A stretch of DNA of 64,000 nt from Bdellovibrionales bacterium (GTDB taxonomy: Bacteria > Bdellovibrionota > UBA1018 > CAIMNF01). Positions 8,412 through 19,270 of this stretch are shown one piece after another (position 1 is the first letter of the stretch; every line of letters starts with the position of its first letter). The DNA is taken from positions 1-64,000 of the forward strand of contig JBEIJY010000002.1 of assembly GCA_040380025.1 (NCBI GenBank), in the 5' to 3' direction. The notes beneath the pieces were generated by a model, which was not told where the DNA came from, ran no database searches, and worked only from the letters and a program-made list of their open reading frames with translations. Made by a program: the position numbers and the translations under genes.

Positions 8412-10161
8412 TCGGTGCCTCTTTGGGTCTCCGCTCGCCGAGTCGCTTCTGGTACAGCTGCTTTTCGCGGTCCGAAAGGTCATTCATCAGGCTTTCGGCC
8501 ACATCCTTCGAAACGGTCGATCCGCGGAATTGCCTTTTTTTACCATCTTCTTCGGGCTTTGGCATAGGGGATTCGCGGTTCTGGCCATCCTGCTTGGCCT
8601 GCTCGCCCTGACTGCCGGATTGCCCCTCGCCCGATTTCTGGTCGGCTTGGGAATCCTGTTTTTGTTCCTTTTTTTGCTTCTCCTGCTTTTGTTGTTCCTC
8701 GAAGGCCCGGGCGAGCGCCTTCCGGGCGTTCTCCTCGAGTTCCTTTTGCCCGGTCCGCTTTGCAAGCTCGATCGACTTCGTGAGCCGGTCGAACGAATCG
8801 CGCGGATCCTTTTCTTTCGAGAGCAGGATGCCTTCGTTGTAGAGCGATTTCGCGGCCGTCTCGAAATCCCCCTCGGCGAGCGCCTCCCGGGTCGCGCTCT
8901 GGAGCTTCGGGATCGCCTCGGCGGGTTTCTTCGCCCGCGCCAGCGCCGTTCCCTCATTGAATCCGATTTCGGGGGGCGCCTGCGATTCTTTCGCCGCGCT
9001 TTGATACTCGCTCGCCGATTCCTCGAACTTTCCGCTCTGATAGCGCTTCTCGGCCCGCCTCGCCTTCAGGTAGGTGTCGAGGGGAACGGCGTGCGCCAAA
9101 GTCGGGGCGATCCCGGCCAACAGCAGGACGCCCATGCCGGGAATCCGGAGCCGGACCTTCCGGTAGCCCACCGAAAGATGGATCAAAAAGCAAAGCATCG
9201 CGAGCGCCACGAAGAGCTGAAACCGCTCGATCTTCACCACTTCAAGGCGGCTCTCGCTCCCCTCGCGGTTCATGGTCTTCAGGGTCTTTCCGACCTGATA
9301 CGCGGCATCCTCCGGGTTGATCAGCTCGAGGTGCGCGCCCCCGCCGGCCGAGGCGATCTTGGCGAGGAGCTCGCGGTTCACCCGGGTCAGGACCGGTTTT
9401 TGCGAAAGATCTTTTTTGTACGTCTGAAGCACCCCGTTCTGGCTTCGCAGCGGAATCGGGCCGCCTTCGCTCGTCCCCACGCTGAGGGCCAGGAAGCCCG
9501 CGCCGAATTCCTTGAGCTTCGCCGCGGCCTTCAGGGCGTTCTCGCCGAAGTCCTCGCCGTCCGAGATCAGGATCACCGCGCGGGACTGCTTGTGTGGGGC
9601 TTCTCCGCCGCGCTCAAAGGCGCGGATCGCGACATCGATCGCTTCTCCGATGTTCGTCCCCTGGGTCATGAGGTTCTCGGGAGCGAGGGTTTCGGTCATG
9701 TCGGCCACGTAATCAAAATCATTCGTGAGCGGCACTGTCAAAAAAGCCTTCCCGGCGAATGCGATCACGCCGGCGCGATCCGAGCCGAGCCCCGAAAGCG
9801 TCCTGCGAATGAAGTTTTGGGCGCGGCTGAGCCGGCTCGGAGGAGTGTCTTCGGCGAGCATGCTGTTCGAGAGATCGAGCAAAAAGAGAACATCCATGCC
9901 CCGCGTTTCGATCCGCTCCTGGTGCTGGCCCCACTGGGGACGCAATAGCGCGAGCGCGAGGAAGAGCATTCCGAGGGAATAGAAGAGGCTTTTCCAGAAG
10001 AACACTTTTTTCGAGAAATCCGGAATGACGGTCTTCCAGAACGATTCCCGGATCCAGAGCGAAAGCTTCTTTTGAAGCCGCCGCGACTGGTACCAGGCCC
10101 CGAGCGAAAGGACGATCGCGAACACCACATGCCAGACGGCACCCGGATTGCCGAAGCTCAT
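8395..10161 (-). CDS. vWA + TPR protein (BatB/BatC fusion)
   Basis: DLSNSM MIDAS motif, ISDGED, TPR-like helices, Gln-rich linker, KDW C-terminus. Confidence 0.8.
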   Translation of the reverse strand: MSFGNPGAVWHVVFAIVLSLGAWYQSRRLQKKLSLWIRESFWKTVIPDFSKKVFFWKSLFYSLGMLFLALALLRPQWGQHQERIETRGMDVLFLLDLSNSMLAEDTPPSRLSRAQNFIRRTLSGLGSDRAGVIAFAGKAFLTVPLTNDFDYVADMTETLAPENLMTQGTNIGEAIDVAIRAFERGGEAPHKQSRAVILISDGEDFGENALKAAAKLKEFGAGFLALSVGTSEGGPIPLRSQNGVLQTYKKDLSQKPVLTRVNRELLAKIASAGGGAHLELINPEDAAYQVGKTLKTMNREGSESRLEVVKIERFQLFVALAMLCFLIHLSVGYRKVRLRIPGMGVLLLAGIAPTLAHAVPLDTYLKARRAEKRYQSGKFEESASEYQSAAKESQAPPEIGFNEGTALARAKKPAEAIPKLQSATREALAEGDFETAAKSLYNEGILLSKEKDPRDSFDRLTKSIELAKRTGQKELEENARKALARAFEEQQKQEKQKKEQKQDSQADQKSGEGQSGSQGEQAKQDGQNRESPMPKPEEDGKKRQFRGSTVSKDVAESLMNDLSDREKQLYQKRLGERRPKEAPNDKDW

Positions 10162-11150
10162 GCCCACTGCCTCCAGAGAAAGAGCGACAACAGGCGCTCC
10201 AGAACAAAACAAAACAGCGCGGCGAGCGCGTAGGGCAGGAACTCCTCGGTGTAATGAATCCGGTCTTTCGTGGTGATCTCGGTTTTTTCGAGCCGGTCAA
10301 TGTCCTGAAACACCTCTTGGAGCGCCCGCTCTTCTTGGACTCGGTAGAATTTTCCGCCGGTCTTCTCGGAGATCTGCGAAAGAAGCCCCGGGTTCAGGCG
10401 GTTTTCGACCCAGGCGAAGGTGTAGGTGCGCCCCGTGGGCGTGTCGATCGGAAGCGGCTGACGGACCCGGCCCTCGGTGCCGATCGCGATCGAGTACACC
10501 TTCACGCCGTACCCTTGGGCGAGCTCGCCCGCCGTGATCGGATCGATCCGCCCGACATTGCTGTCGCCATCGGTGAGCAAGATGATCACCCGGCTCTTCG
10601 CATCCGATTTCTTGAGCCGGTTGATCGCGAGCGCAAGCCCGTCCCCGATGGCCGTACCCTCGCGCAGGCCGGGTCCCCCCGCCTCGACCGTCGACATCTG
10701 CGAGAACAAGAGGCCGTAGTCGAGCGTCGGCGGGGCGAGCGTGATCGGCTCACCGCTGAAGATCACGAATCCGATCCGGTCGCTCTCGCGCCCTTCGATG
10801 AACATCTTGAAAGTGTCCTTCGCGATTTCCATCCGCGTCTTTTTGCCCATGTCCTCGATCAGCATGCTGAGCGAGACATCGAGCACCATGACGATGTCGA
10901 TTCCGTTCGCCTTCCGCTCCTGCGAGCGCGACACGCTTTGGGGACGCGCGAGTGCGAACACGCACAGAACCAACCCGAAGATCTTGAGCGCGGTGAGCGG
11001 CAGGGTCGCCGGGATTTTTTTGGCCTGCTCTTCTTGGAAGGGAAAGAGCTGGAGCCGGATCCCGGGCAGACCGGCTTTTTTGAACCAGTACCACGAGAGC
11101 ACGAAGAGGACGGGGATCAGCAGAAAGGCGGCCGGAAATGCGTATCTCAT
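10158..11150 (-). CDS. batA: vWA domain protein BatA
   Basis: DVSLSM MIDAS, GTAIGDGL, ILLTDG. Confidence 0.85.
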   Translation of the reverse strand: MRYAFPAAFLLIPVLFVLSWYWFKKAGLPGIRLQLFPFQEEQAKKIPATLPLTALKIFGLVLCVFALARPQSVSRSQERKANGIDIVMVLDVSLSMLIEDMGKKTRMEIAKDTFKMFIEGRESDRIGFVIFSGEPITLAPPTLDYGLLFSQMSTVEAGGPGLREGTAIGDGLALAINRLKKSDAKSRVIILLTDGDSNVGRIDPITAGELAQGYGVKVYSIAIGTEGRVRQPLPIDTPTGRTYTFAWVENRLNPGLLSQISEKTGGKFYRVQEERALQEVFQDIDRLEKTEITTKDRIHYTEEFLPYALAALFCFVLERLLSLFLWRQWA

Positions 11151-12178
11151 GCGAGTGCCGGAGCCTCCCGGATCACGAGTGCCCACTTTTGTACGAGGAG
11201 CCGCGCGCGGATCTTCAGGTCTTCGCGGATCAGTGGGTCGTTCTTCAGGTATTGCTGGGTCTTGGTGAATTTGTACAAATCGAGCTCCTCGAACAGCTGG
11301 CGGATCTCATCGAGCTGTTGCGGACCCATCGATTCCTTGCGCTTCAGCAACAGGAGCATCTCGCCCGTGGTCGATTCCATCGCGTCGATCCCGAAGCGCT
11401 TCGAAAAGAATTCCTTCAGGATCTCGGAGGTGCCGAACGAGACCCGCTTCAGGTGGTCGTCCGAGTCGGCCCCGGAATCGAAAAGAAGATCAAGCTTCCG
11501 GAGCGCGATGACGTGATCGGGTTCCTTCGGGACCAGCGGAAGATCCTTCGGTTTCCGGTTTCGCCTCCGGGCCCGGATTTTTCGGAGCATCCAGACCGAT
11601 CCGGCCACCACCAGGGCAAAAAGGAACGCAAACAAAATCCAAAACCGGAGCGGCAGGGAAATCGGAATCACATCGACCAGATCGGGCTCGCCCGTTTTGG
11701 AATCCACGGGCGCCAGAACCTTCAGATTCAACGGTGCGGTCTTTGCAATCGGGCGTCCCGACGAATCCGAGACCAAAAGAGACGGAAGCGCAATCTCGCC
11801 CCCTTTCAGCGGCGAGGCCACAAAGCGGAGTGTTCCGCCCTGACTGAGCGTGGACGGATCCAAAAACCAGCCTGCGTCCTCGGGCTTCGGGGTATCTTTC
11901 GGAGGCTCGAGGATCAGGGGTCCGCTCGCTTCGGTCTGTAGGGTGCCTAGCGCGACCTGAAAGGTGATCCGGTCGCCGATCCGGATTTCGTGATCGGCCG
12001 AGTTGTGACCTGCCTGAATCACCGCAAGCTCGGGAAGTGCCGGAGGAAGGGCGGAGGCATCCACCGCAGGAGGCGAAGCCTCCGCGAACAGGGTGGTCCA
12101 CGCAACGAGGGCGCCCGCGAGGAGCGCCTTACCGTGCGGCCTTCCGGCGCTGAAGAAAAAGCAAAAGGGCTTCAACAT
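11147..12178 (-). CDS. Bat-operon membrane protein (BatD-like/DUF4381-like)
   Basis: Lies between DUF58 and batA; signal-like N-terminus and central TM helix; start uncertain. Confidence 0.6.
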   Translation of the reverse strand: MLKPFCFFFSAGRPHGKALLAGALVAWTTLFAEASPPAVDASALPPALPELAVIQAGHNSADHEIRIGDRITFQVALGTLQTEASGPLILEPPKDTPKPEDAGWFLDPSTLSQGGTLRFVASPLKGGEIALPSLLVSDSSGRPIAKTAPLNLKVLAPVDSKTGEPDLVDVIPISLPLRFWILFAFLFALVVAGSVWMLRKIRARRRNRKPKDLPLVPKEPDHVIALRKLDLLFDSGADSDDHLKRVSFGTSEILKEFFSKRFGIDAMESTTGEMLLLLKRKESMGPQQLDEIRQLFEELDLYKFTKTQQYLKNDPLIREDLKIRARLLVQKWALVIREAPALA

Positions 12179-12997
12179 GATCCTCGGCAGTTTGTACCGG
12201 AACCGTGTCGACTCCGGCGAGATGAAAGATCTGTTTGGTTTTGGCATCGAATTTTTCTTTCGCGGCCTCCATCGCCTTCCGGAAGGAAGCGCGATCCAGG
12301 CTGTATTCGTGTTCGACCCCGGTCTCGGGGTCGAGGATGGGAATCCGCCCGAGCTCGGGCAGGGTGGACTCCGCCGGGTCTTCGATCCGGATCGCGACGA
12401 CATCGTGCTTTCGGGCCAGCTGGCGGAGCGCGCTTTCGTATCCTTCGGCCTTGAAGTCGCTCAGGACAAACACGATCCCCGAGTGCTTCAAAAGCCGTCG
12501 GGTCTCTTCGAGGGCTTTTTTGAGACCCGTGCCGCCCGGTTCGTTCGGGAAGGTCATCAGGTCGCGGATGATCCGGAGCACGTGGTTCCGCCCCTTCTTC
12601 AGTTCGATGGTTTTTTTTACTTTGTCGGTGACCAAGAGCACGCCCACCTTGTCGCCCGAATTCGAGGCCGCATAGGCGAGCATCGCTCCGAGCTCCGTCA
12701 GCACATCCCGTTTGGAACTTCGCTGGGAGCCGAGCTCGAACGAGGCCGAGAAATCCGCGATCAAAAAAACATTCAGCTCGCGCTCCTCTTCGTACTGCTT
12801 GATGAGCGGCTCCTTGCTCCGCGCGCTCACTTTCCAGTCGAGGTGCCGGATGTCATCGCCGGGGGTGTAAGGACGGTGCTCCGAGAACTGCACTCCTTGT
12901 CCCTTGAAGCGGCTCCGGTATCCTCCGCTCATGATGTCGTCCATCATCTTGCGGGTCGAAATCTCCATGCGTCTGACTCGCTTCAGGATCGCGTCGT

Positions 12998-13001
<4 letters not shown>
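12129..13001 (-). CDS. DUF58 family protein
   Basis: YRSRFKGQGVQFSEHRPYTPGDDIRHLDWKVSAR signature. Confidence 0.9.
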
Positions 13002-13999
<998 letters not shown>

Positions 14000-14088
14000 C
14001 TTCTCTCTGATTGCCGGAGGGCGCAAGGGCATCCCGCGAGCGTCAAAACTTGAACAGTTTTTAAGTTACAGGTTTTGATTGCGTTGAA

Positions 14089-14973
14089 TCAGTCTTCCTT
14101 GCGTTTCTTCACTCCGGGAGGGGTTTTGCCCAGTGTGTGCTCCACCACGATCATTGCCCTGATCACGGTGTCAAATGCGGCTTTGAAGTCCGGTGCATTC
14201 GCCACAGATGAAACCGAGTTGGCCCATCCTTGTTCGAGGCGATGGGTGTTGATTTTTTTGATGTCGAGCGAAATCATTTGCGGCAATTCCGTTTTCCTGA
14301 ATTCAAAGCATCGTGCGAGCGCGGTCTCGAGGATCAGAGCATCAACCTTGGGTAAAAATACGGACAGATCGTGAATGTCTTTGGATCTGGAGCCGGCATC
14401 CCCGCGCGTAAGCAACGCATGAAGCTTTTCCGCGCAAATGGTTTCAATGGGGTAAACCGACCAACTGATGTCCCGGTGCGGAGAAAAGATGGAAGGAGTT
14501 TCGGTTTTCATGGGTTCCGGTGTAACAGGGTCACCGATGCCCAGATCGAAGTGCACGGATTGGGCTCGCTTGATGTCCTTGGGGACTTCACCGATTCCGA
14601 CCCGATAAACCTGACGAATGCCGCCGTATTTTCCTTGGGTGGTCAATTTGTCCTGGCTTTCAAAGCGGTACCAGGTTCCGTCATCAGAATCCGTTTCGGC
14701 TCTTTGTTTGACCAACTCCAATGTGGAATCGATATTGGCATCAATGAGAAGGGCATCCAGATCGATCGTGAATCGTGAAGAACCGTAGACCCTGAGGCCG
14801 ACAAAACCTCCCTTGAACACGAGATGCTCGCTCAGTTTTTTTTCGGCGACCAGGCGGGCGACCAGGCGTTCGATCAGGAATACTGTCTCTATGTTCCGAT
14901 AGGGGACTCCGAGATTTACTGCAAGGTTGCTTAGTTTTTTCCGGATGGAATCACTTCGGGCCTTGTTGGTCAT
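14089..14973 (-). CDS. AbiEii-family nucleotidyltransferase toxin (type IV TA)
   Basis: VFKGG...SRFTIDLD NTase motif; AEKLHA and SRSKDIHDL C-terminal motifs. Confidence 0.85.
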   Translation of the reverse strand: MTNKARSDSIRKKLSNLAVNLGVPYRNIETVFLIERLVARLVAEKKLSEHLVFKGGFVGLRVYGSSRFTIDLDALLIDANIDSTLELVKQRAETDSDDGTWYRFESQDKLTTQGKYGGIRQVYRVGIGEVPKDIKRAQSVHFDLGIGDPVTPEPMKTETPSIFSPHRDISWSVYPIETICAEKLHALLTRGDAGSRSKDIHDLSVFLPKVDALILETALARCFEFRKTELPQMISLDIKKINTHRLEQGWANSVSSVANAPDFKAAFDTVIRAMIVVEHTLGKTPPGVKKRKED

Positions 14974-15542
14974 GTGGTGATGACCTCGAAGTAACGGGTC
15001 AGTACGGAGTCAAGGCCCAGATCCTTCGCGGCCTTTCCAAGATTCTGTTCGGTTGTCTGCCCGTTGTTCAGGGCAATGCGTGCTGCTTTGACCACAGTAC
15101 GCTCCCCGATTTTTTTTGCCATCTTCAAACCCTCGAGTATGGCGCGCTCGACCGTTGCGATCCGATATCCCTGCGCCCTGACGATCCAGCGGTCCAACTT
15201 TGTTTTTGTTCGAATGAGCCGATACAGCCGGGTATGTGTGGTTCGGCTCGGAGGAACCAGCACCCACACTTGTCCCGGAACTTGCTCGATGAGGTTGTAA
15301 TGGAACAGAGCCGTGATTCCGCCAATCACGGATTCCGGACCGAACTTCGTGCAGGCCACTTGATAATCGATATCGGGACCGAAGCGCCCTCCGGCGTGCA
15401 AATACACGCCTCGACCGACGCGCATGATTTTTTCTTCTTTTACCAAGAGAGAAAGTCGCTGATGGCTGAGGCCCATTGCCTCGGCCTGGGATCTTGTGAA
15501 TACCCCCAGTTTCTTCAGCTTTGCTTCCTGCCGTCTGTTCAC
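14970..15542 (-). CDS. AbiEi-family antitoxin
   Basis: N-terminal winged HTH (RVGRGVY), TALFHY, TVERAI; ATGA coupling to abiEii. Confidence 0.85.
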   Translation of the reverse strand: MNRRQEAKLKKLGVFTRSQAEAMGLSHQRLSLLVKEEKIMRVGRGVYLHAGGRFGPDIDYQVACTKFGPESVIGGITALFHYNLIEQVPGQVWVLVPPSRTTHTRLYRLIRTKTKLDRWIVRAQGYRIATVERAILEGLKMAKKIGERTVVKAARIALNNGQTTEQNLGKAAKDLGLDSVLTRYFEVITT

Positions 15543-15548
15543 AGAATC

Positions 15549-15588
15549 AGTTTGTGGCCGTATCTCACATTTTTCAATATGAATGTTA
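15549..15588 (-). promoter_or_regulatory. abiE promoter with inverted repeat
   Basis: Minus strand TTGAAA-N17-CAAACT-N6-GTG; ACATT..AATGT inverted repeat around the -35. Confidence 0.5.
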
Positions 15589-15611
15589 GCTTCGGCCAGA
15601 AAGGATGGGGG

Positions 15612-17042
15612 CTAAAGCGTGATGTCGTCCGAAGACACCTGCGAACGGCGCCCGCCTTGGGGCGCGGCGGAACCCTCTTCGGCGTTCAGGTTCGCGAACA
15701 GGGTGTACTGCCCGAGCCACGCAAGCTTGACGGTGCCGGGTTCGCCGTGACGGTTCTTGGCGAGGATGATTTCGGCCACGCCTTTTTCGTCGGATTCGGC
15801 GTTGTAGTAATCATCGCGATAGATGAAGCACACCAAGTCGGCGTCTTGCTCGATCGCGCCCGACTCCCGCAGGTCCGAGAGCATGGGGCGCTTGTCGTTC
15901 CGGCCCTCGACGTTCCGGCTCAACTGCGAAAGCGCGATGATGGGAACGCCGATTTCTTTCGAAAGCTCCTTCAGGCCGCGCGAGATCGCCGAGATCTCCT
16001 GCTCGCGGTTTCCGTTCGCGGGACCGGTCTTCGGACCGCGCATGAGCTGGAGGTAATCGACCACCACGAGATCGAGCTTTTTCTCTTTGGCCTTCAGGCG
16101 GCGGCACCGCGAGCGCAGATCCATCACCGTGAGAGCCGGAGTGTCGTCGATGTGAATCCGTGCGGCGCCCAGCTGATCGGCGGCGCTCATCAGGCGGCGG
16201 AATTCCTCTTTGGCGAGCGATCCCGTCTTGAGGCGCTTCGAATCGATGCGGCTCAGGGCCGAGAAGAACCGGAAGCCCATCTCTTCTTTCGACATCTCGA
16301 GCGAGAACAGCGCCGCAACCGAGCCCTTCATGACGGCCGAATGCAGGAGCGCCGAGATGAACCACGAGGTTTTTCCCATACCGGGCCGCGCGGCGAGAAC
16401 CATGACCTGTCCCGGGTGAAGCCCTGTGGTGATTTTGTCAAAATCGGTGAATCCGGTCGGAAGTCCCACCACGTCCTCGCCGCCGGCGACGAAGAGCTCC
16501 TGGACCCGCTGCATGTTCTGCGCGATGACCTCGCCCAAGCTCGTGAACGCGCGCTGGGACTTGGTCTGCGACACCTCGAAGATCCGCGTCTCGGCCGCGT
16601 CGACATACGACTCGGTGTTTTCGACCCCCGAAAGTCCCTCGTCCATGATCGACGAGCAGGTCTCGATCAGGCGGCGCTGAAGGGCCTTCTCGCGCACGAT
16701 GCGGCTGTAATGTTCGACATTCGCGACCTGAAACGACACCTGGTCGAAGAGCCCGGTCAGCATCGCAACACCGCCCACGCTCTCGTGCCAGCCACGGTCG
16801 CGGAGGATCGAGTTCAGGGTCACGAAATCAACGGGCTTGCCAGTGTCCGAGAGGGCGCAGGCCGATTCGAAGATTTTTTGATGGGGATCGAAAAAAAAAT
16901 CCCTCGACTCAAGACCCGACTCGCGGACTTGATCGAGGGATGAATTGTTCACCAGGACGGCGCCCAGAACCGAGCGTTCGGCCTCTAGGTCATGGGGGAG
17001 GCGCTTGCGTTGAGATGCCGGAACTGCTTGGCCCTCATTCAC
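15612..17042 (-). CDS. dnaB: Replicative DNA helicase
   Basis: LAARPGMGKT, VVDYLQLM, ALSQLSR, SDLRESGAIEQDAD, KNRHG. Confidence 0.97.
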   Translation of the reverse strand: MNEGQAVPASQRKRLPHDLEAERSVLGAVLVNNSSLDQVRESGLESRDFFFDPHQKIFESACALSDTGKPVDFVTLNSILRDRGWHESVGGVAMLTGLFDQVSFQVANVEHYSRIVREKALQRRLIETCSSIMDEGLSGVENTESYVDAAETRIFEVSQTKSQRAFTSLGEVIAQNMQRVQELFVAGGEDVVGLPTGFTDFDKITTGLHPGQVMVLAARPGMGKTSWFISALLHSAVMKGSVAALFSLEMSKEEMGFRFFSALSRIDSKRLKTGSLAKEEFRRLMSAADQLGAARIHIDDTPALTVMDLRSRCRRLKAKEKKLDLVVVDYLQLMRGPKTGPANGNREQEISAISRGLKELSKEIGVPIIALSQLSRNVEGRNDKRPMLSDLRESGAIEQDADLVCFIYRDDYYNAESDEKGVAEIILAKNRHGEPGTVKLAWLGQYTLFANLNAEEGSAAPQGGRRSQVSSDDITL

Positions 17043-17047
17043 AAGAA

Positions 17048-17497
17048 TCAGCCTTCTTCTTTGACCACCCAGACCTTGAGCTGTGTCGTCACTTCCGGAA
17101 GAAGTTTGATTTCAACCGTGTGCACGCCCAGAGTCTTGATCGGCTCTTTGATGTGGATCGAGCGTTTTTCGATCTCGATCCCGCCGGCTTTCAGCACGTC
17201 GGCGATGTCGCCCGAGGTGACTGAACCGAAGAGCTTGTCCTTCTCGCCCACTTTGCGCGAGATATTGCAGGCGAAGCCCACGATCTTCTTCGAGAGTTCC
17301 TCGGCGGAGACCTTCTCGGCCGCGCGTTTCTTCTCGAGCATCTTCTTTTGGTGTTCGATGGCGGTCAGATTGTTTTCGTTCGCGGCCACGACCTTTTTGT
17401 TCGGGATGAGGAAGTTCCGGGCATAGCCATCGGACACCTTCACCACGTCGCCGATGCGGCCCAGATTTTCAACGTTTTCCTTCAAAATCACTAGCAT
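17048..17497 (-). CDS. rplI: 50S ribosomal protein L9
   Basis: VKVSDGYARNFLIP, KLFGSVT, PIKTLGVH. Confidence 0.97.
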   Translation of the reverse strand: MLVILKENVENLGRIGDVVKVSDGYARNFLIPNKKVVAANENNLTAIEHQKKMLEKKRAAEKVSAEELSKKIVGFACNISRKVGEKDKLFGSVTSGDIADVLKAGGIEIEKRSIHIKEPIKTLGVHTVEIKLLPEVTTQLKVWVVKEEG

Positions 17498-17527
17498 TGG
17501 AATTCTCCTGATTGATAAACGAGACGG

Positions 17528-18430
17528 TCAGTTTTGCCCGAATCGGCGCCGAAAGTCAAACCAAAGGTCAAAGAAGCCGATTCCGGTCACGAGGGGCAGG
17601 GCGGTCAGGAACAAAAGGGCATGGAACACAAAGCGGAAAAACTCGTGGATTCCGACCCGATGAAAAAAGTAGCTGAACACGCTGAACCCCTGGAGGGCGT
17701 AAAACGCCATGAACAACTGGAGCCCGTTGAGTCCGATCAGATAGGGGGCGTGGGTGGTGAACAAGTACAGGGCGCCGCAGGCGAGGGCGGGCCACACCAT
17801 CCAGTCGGGGTTGCGGTAGCGGGTCCAGAAGGTCTTCGAGAGGAATCCCTTTTGAATCTGCGAGACGAACAGCAGGTTGATCCAGAACGACAGTAAGAGC
17901 GCGATCAGGATGGTCGCAGGAACGCGCGACATCAGCATCTTGAAGAGCCCGTCCCGGCCCTCGGTCTTGATCAGCTCGCTCAGGGGGCCTTGGGCATCGC
18001 GGGTGATCACATCCAAGCCAAGCGAGATCTCGTTTCGGACGAATTCGACCGGTCCAAGGCCGGCCCGATGGGCGAGGAACAGGATTCCGGCCAGAATCGC
18101 CGAGAGCTGCAACAAATAGCTCAGGGCCGCACTGAGCTGGATTTTTCCGGTCTTCCGGATCAGGACCGGAAAAAACACCCCGATCGAAAACCAGTACACA
18201 CCGAGCGCGCTGGCGGGCATGGGTTCGCGCAACAGCAGGGCGAACAGCAGGTTCCCGAAGAGCGCAAGAAGGCTCACGCGGAGCTCATTCCGCAAAGTCA
18301 GGATGAAGAGCGGCACCGGCGAGACCACTGCAAGCGGGGGGAGAAGACTGAAAACGAAGGGCAAAAAAAACGGAGCCACCCGAAAAAATTTCGAAAGAGT
18401 GGCTCCGTTTGGAGAAGGATTCTCGCTCAT
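17528..18430 (-). CDS. YybS/DUF2232 family membrane protein
   Basis: Multi-TM; LQGFSV and GFFDLWFDFRRR C-terminus; located between rpsR and rplI. Confidence 0.8.
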   Translation of the reverse strand: MSENPSPNGATLSKFFRVAPFFLPFVFSLLPPLAVVSPVPLFILTLRNELRVSLLALFGNLLFALLLREPMPASALGVYWFSIGVFFPVLIRKTGKIQLSAALSYLLQLSAILAGILFLAHRAGLGPVEFVRNEISLGLDVITRDAQGPLSELIKTEGRDGLFKMLMSRVPATILIALLLSFWINLLFVSQIQKGFLSKTFWTRYRNPDWMVWPALACGALYLFTTHAPYLIGLNGLQLFMAFYALQGFSVFSYFFHRVGIHEFFRFVFHALLFLTALPLVTGIGFFDLWFDFRRRFGQN

Positions 18431-18436
18431 TCCGCC

Positions 18437-18766
18437 TCAGCTCGAGTGAGGTCCGATCGTGGTGTACCCGAGGAGCGCGAGATTGCGCGCGCGCTTGATC
18501 TCCGCGGTGAGCTTGCGCTGGATTGCAGCACAGTTTCCGGTCACACGGCGGGGAACGATCTTGCCGTGCTCGGTCATGAAGGTCGCAAGGAACTTCGGAT
18601 TCTTGTAGCTGATGTTCGCGGCGTCCTCTTCGCCCGAGGTGAAGCGGCACTCTTTTTTGCGGCCGCTCGACGAGAAACGACGGTTTTTACGGCCGCCCAT
18701 GTCCTCGCCATCATCTGCGTCATCACTGTACCGTGAATCTCTGTCTCTTCCTGTATCTCTTGCCAT
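18437..18766 (-). CDS. rpsR: 30S ribosomal protein S18
   Basis: ISYKN, GKIVPRRVTG, QRKLTAEIKRARNLALL. Confidence 0.95.
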   Translation of the reverse strand: MARDTGRDRDSRYSDDADDGEDMGGRKNRRFSSSGRKKECRFTSGEEDAANISYKNPKFLATFMTEHGKIVPRRVTGNCAAIQRKLTAEIKRARNLALLGYTTIGPHSS

Positions 18767-18789
18767 GATTTGATTCCTCGATTTTTCGA

Positions 18790-19173
18790 TTAGGCCGTTA
18801 CTTCAGCCTGGGTTGGACGGTCGTCGCGCTTCAGGGGAGTTCCGTTCGGGAATTCCTTCGCGTACACGTCTTTTGCGAATTCCTTCGAGAGGTTCACGGT
18901 CATGAACCGGAGCACCGATTCATGGAGGCGGAGGTTCCGCTCGATTTCGTGAACGACATCGCCCTTCGCCGAATAGACGAAGTGGGTGTAGTGACCGCGG
19001 ACTTCTTTTTGGATCGGGTAGGCGAACTTGCGCTTGCCCCAATCTTCTTCTGCGACGACTTCGCCGCCAAATTCCTTCACGATCGTGAAGAGACGGTCTT
19101 TCAGGGACTTCAGCCCGTCATCGCTCAGATCGACGCGGGTGATGAATGTGGTTTCGTAACCAGGCAACTTCAT
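18790..19173 (-). CDS. rpsF: 30S ribosomal protein S6
   Basis: YETTFI, DWGKRKFAYPIQK, VLRFM. Confidence 0.95.
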   Translation of the reverse strand: MKLPGYETTFITRVDLSDDGLKSLKDRLFTIVKEFGGEVVAEEDWGKRKFAYPIQKEVRGHYTHFVYSAKGDVVHEIERNLRLHESVLRFMTVNLSKEFAKDVYAKEFPNGTPLKRDDRPTQAEVTA

Positions 19174-19179
19174 TTGGTT

Positions 19180-19226
19180 CTCCTTTTGGTTTTCGCCCGG
19201 GCAGGTTCGACCTCCCGAGCAAAGAG
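19180..19226 (-). promoter_or_regulatory. Probable S6:S18 ribosomal protein leader RNA
   Basis: CUCUUU-[GCUCGGG..CCCGGGC stem]-AAAACCA-AAAGGAG: anti-SD, stem, CCR and SD just before rpsF; TTGAAA-N17-TAGGGT promoter at 19274-19246. Confidence 0.6.
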
Positions 19227-19270
19227 TGTTTGGTTCGAAGGCCGAACCCTATCAAAAGGAGCGAATGATT

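Noticed and set aside
15612..17042. Possible intein in dnaB
   Set aside because: Normal length (476 aa) with uninterrupted motifs
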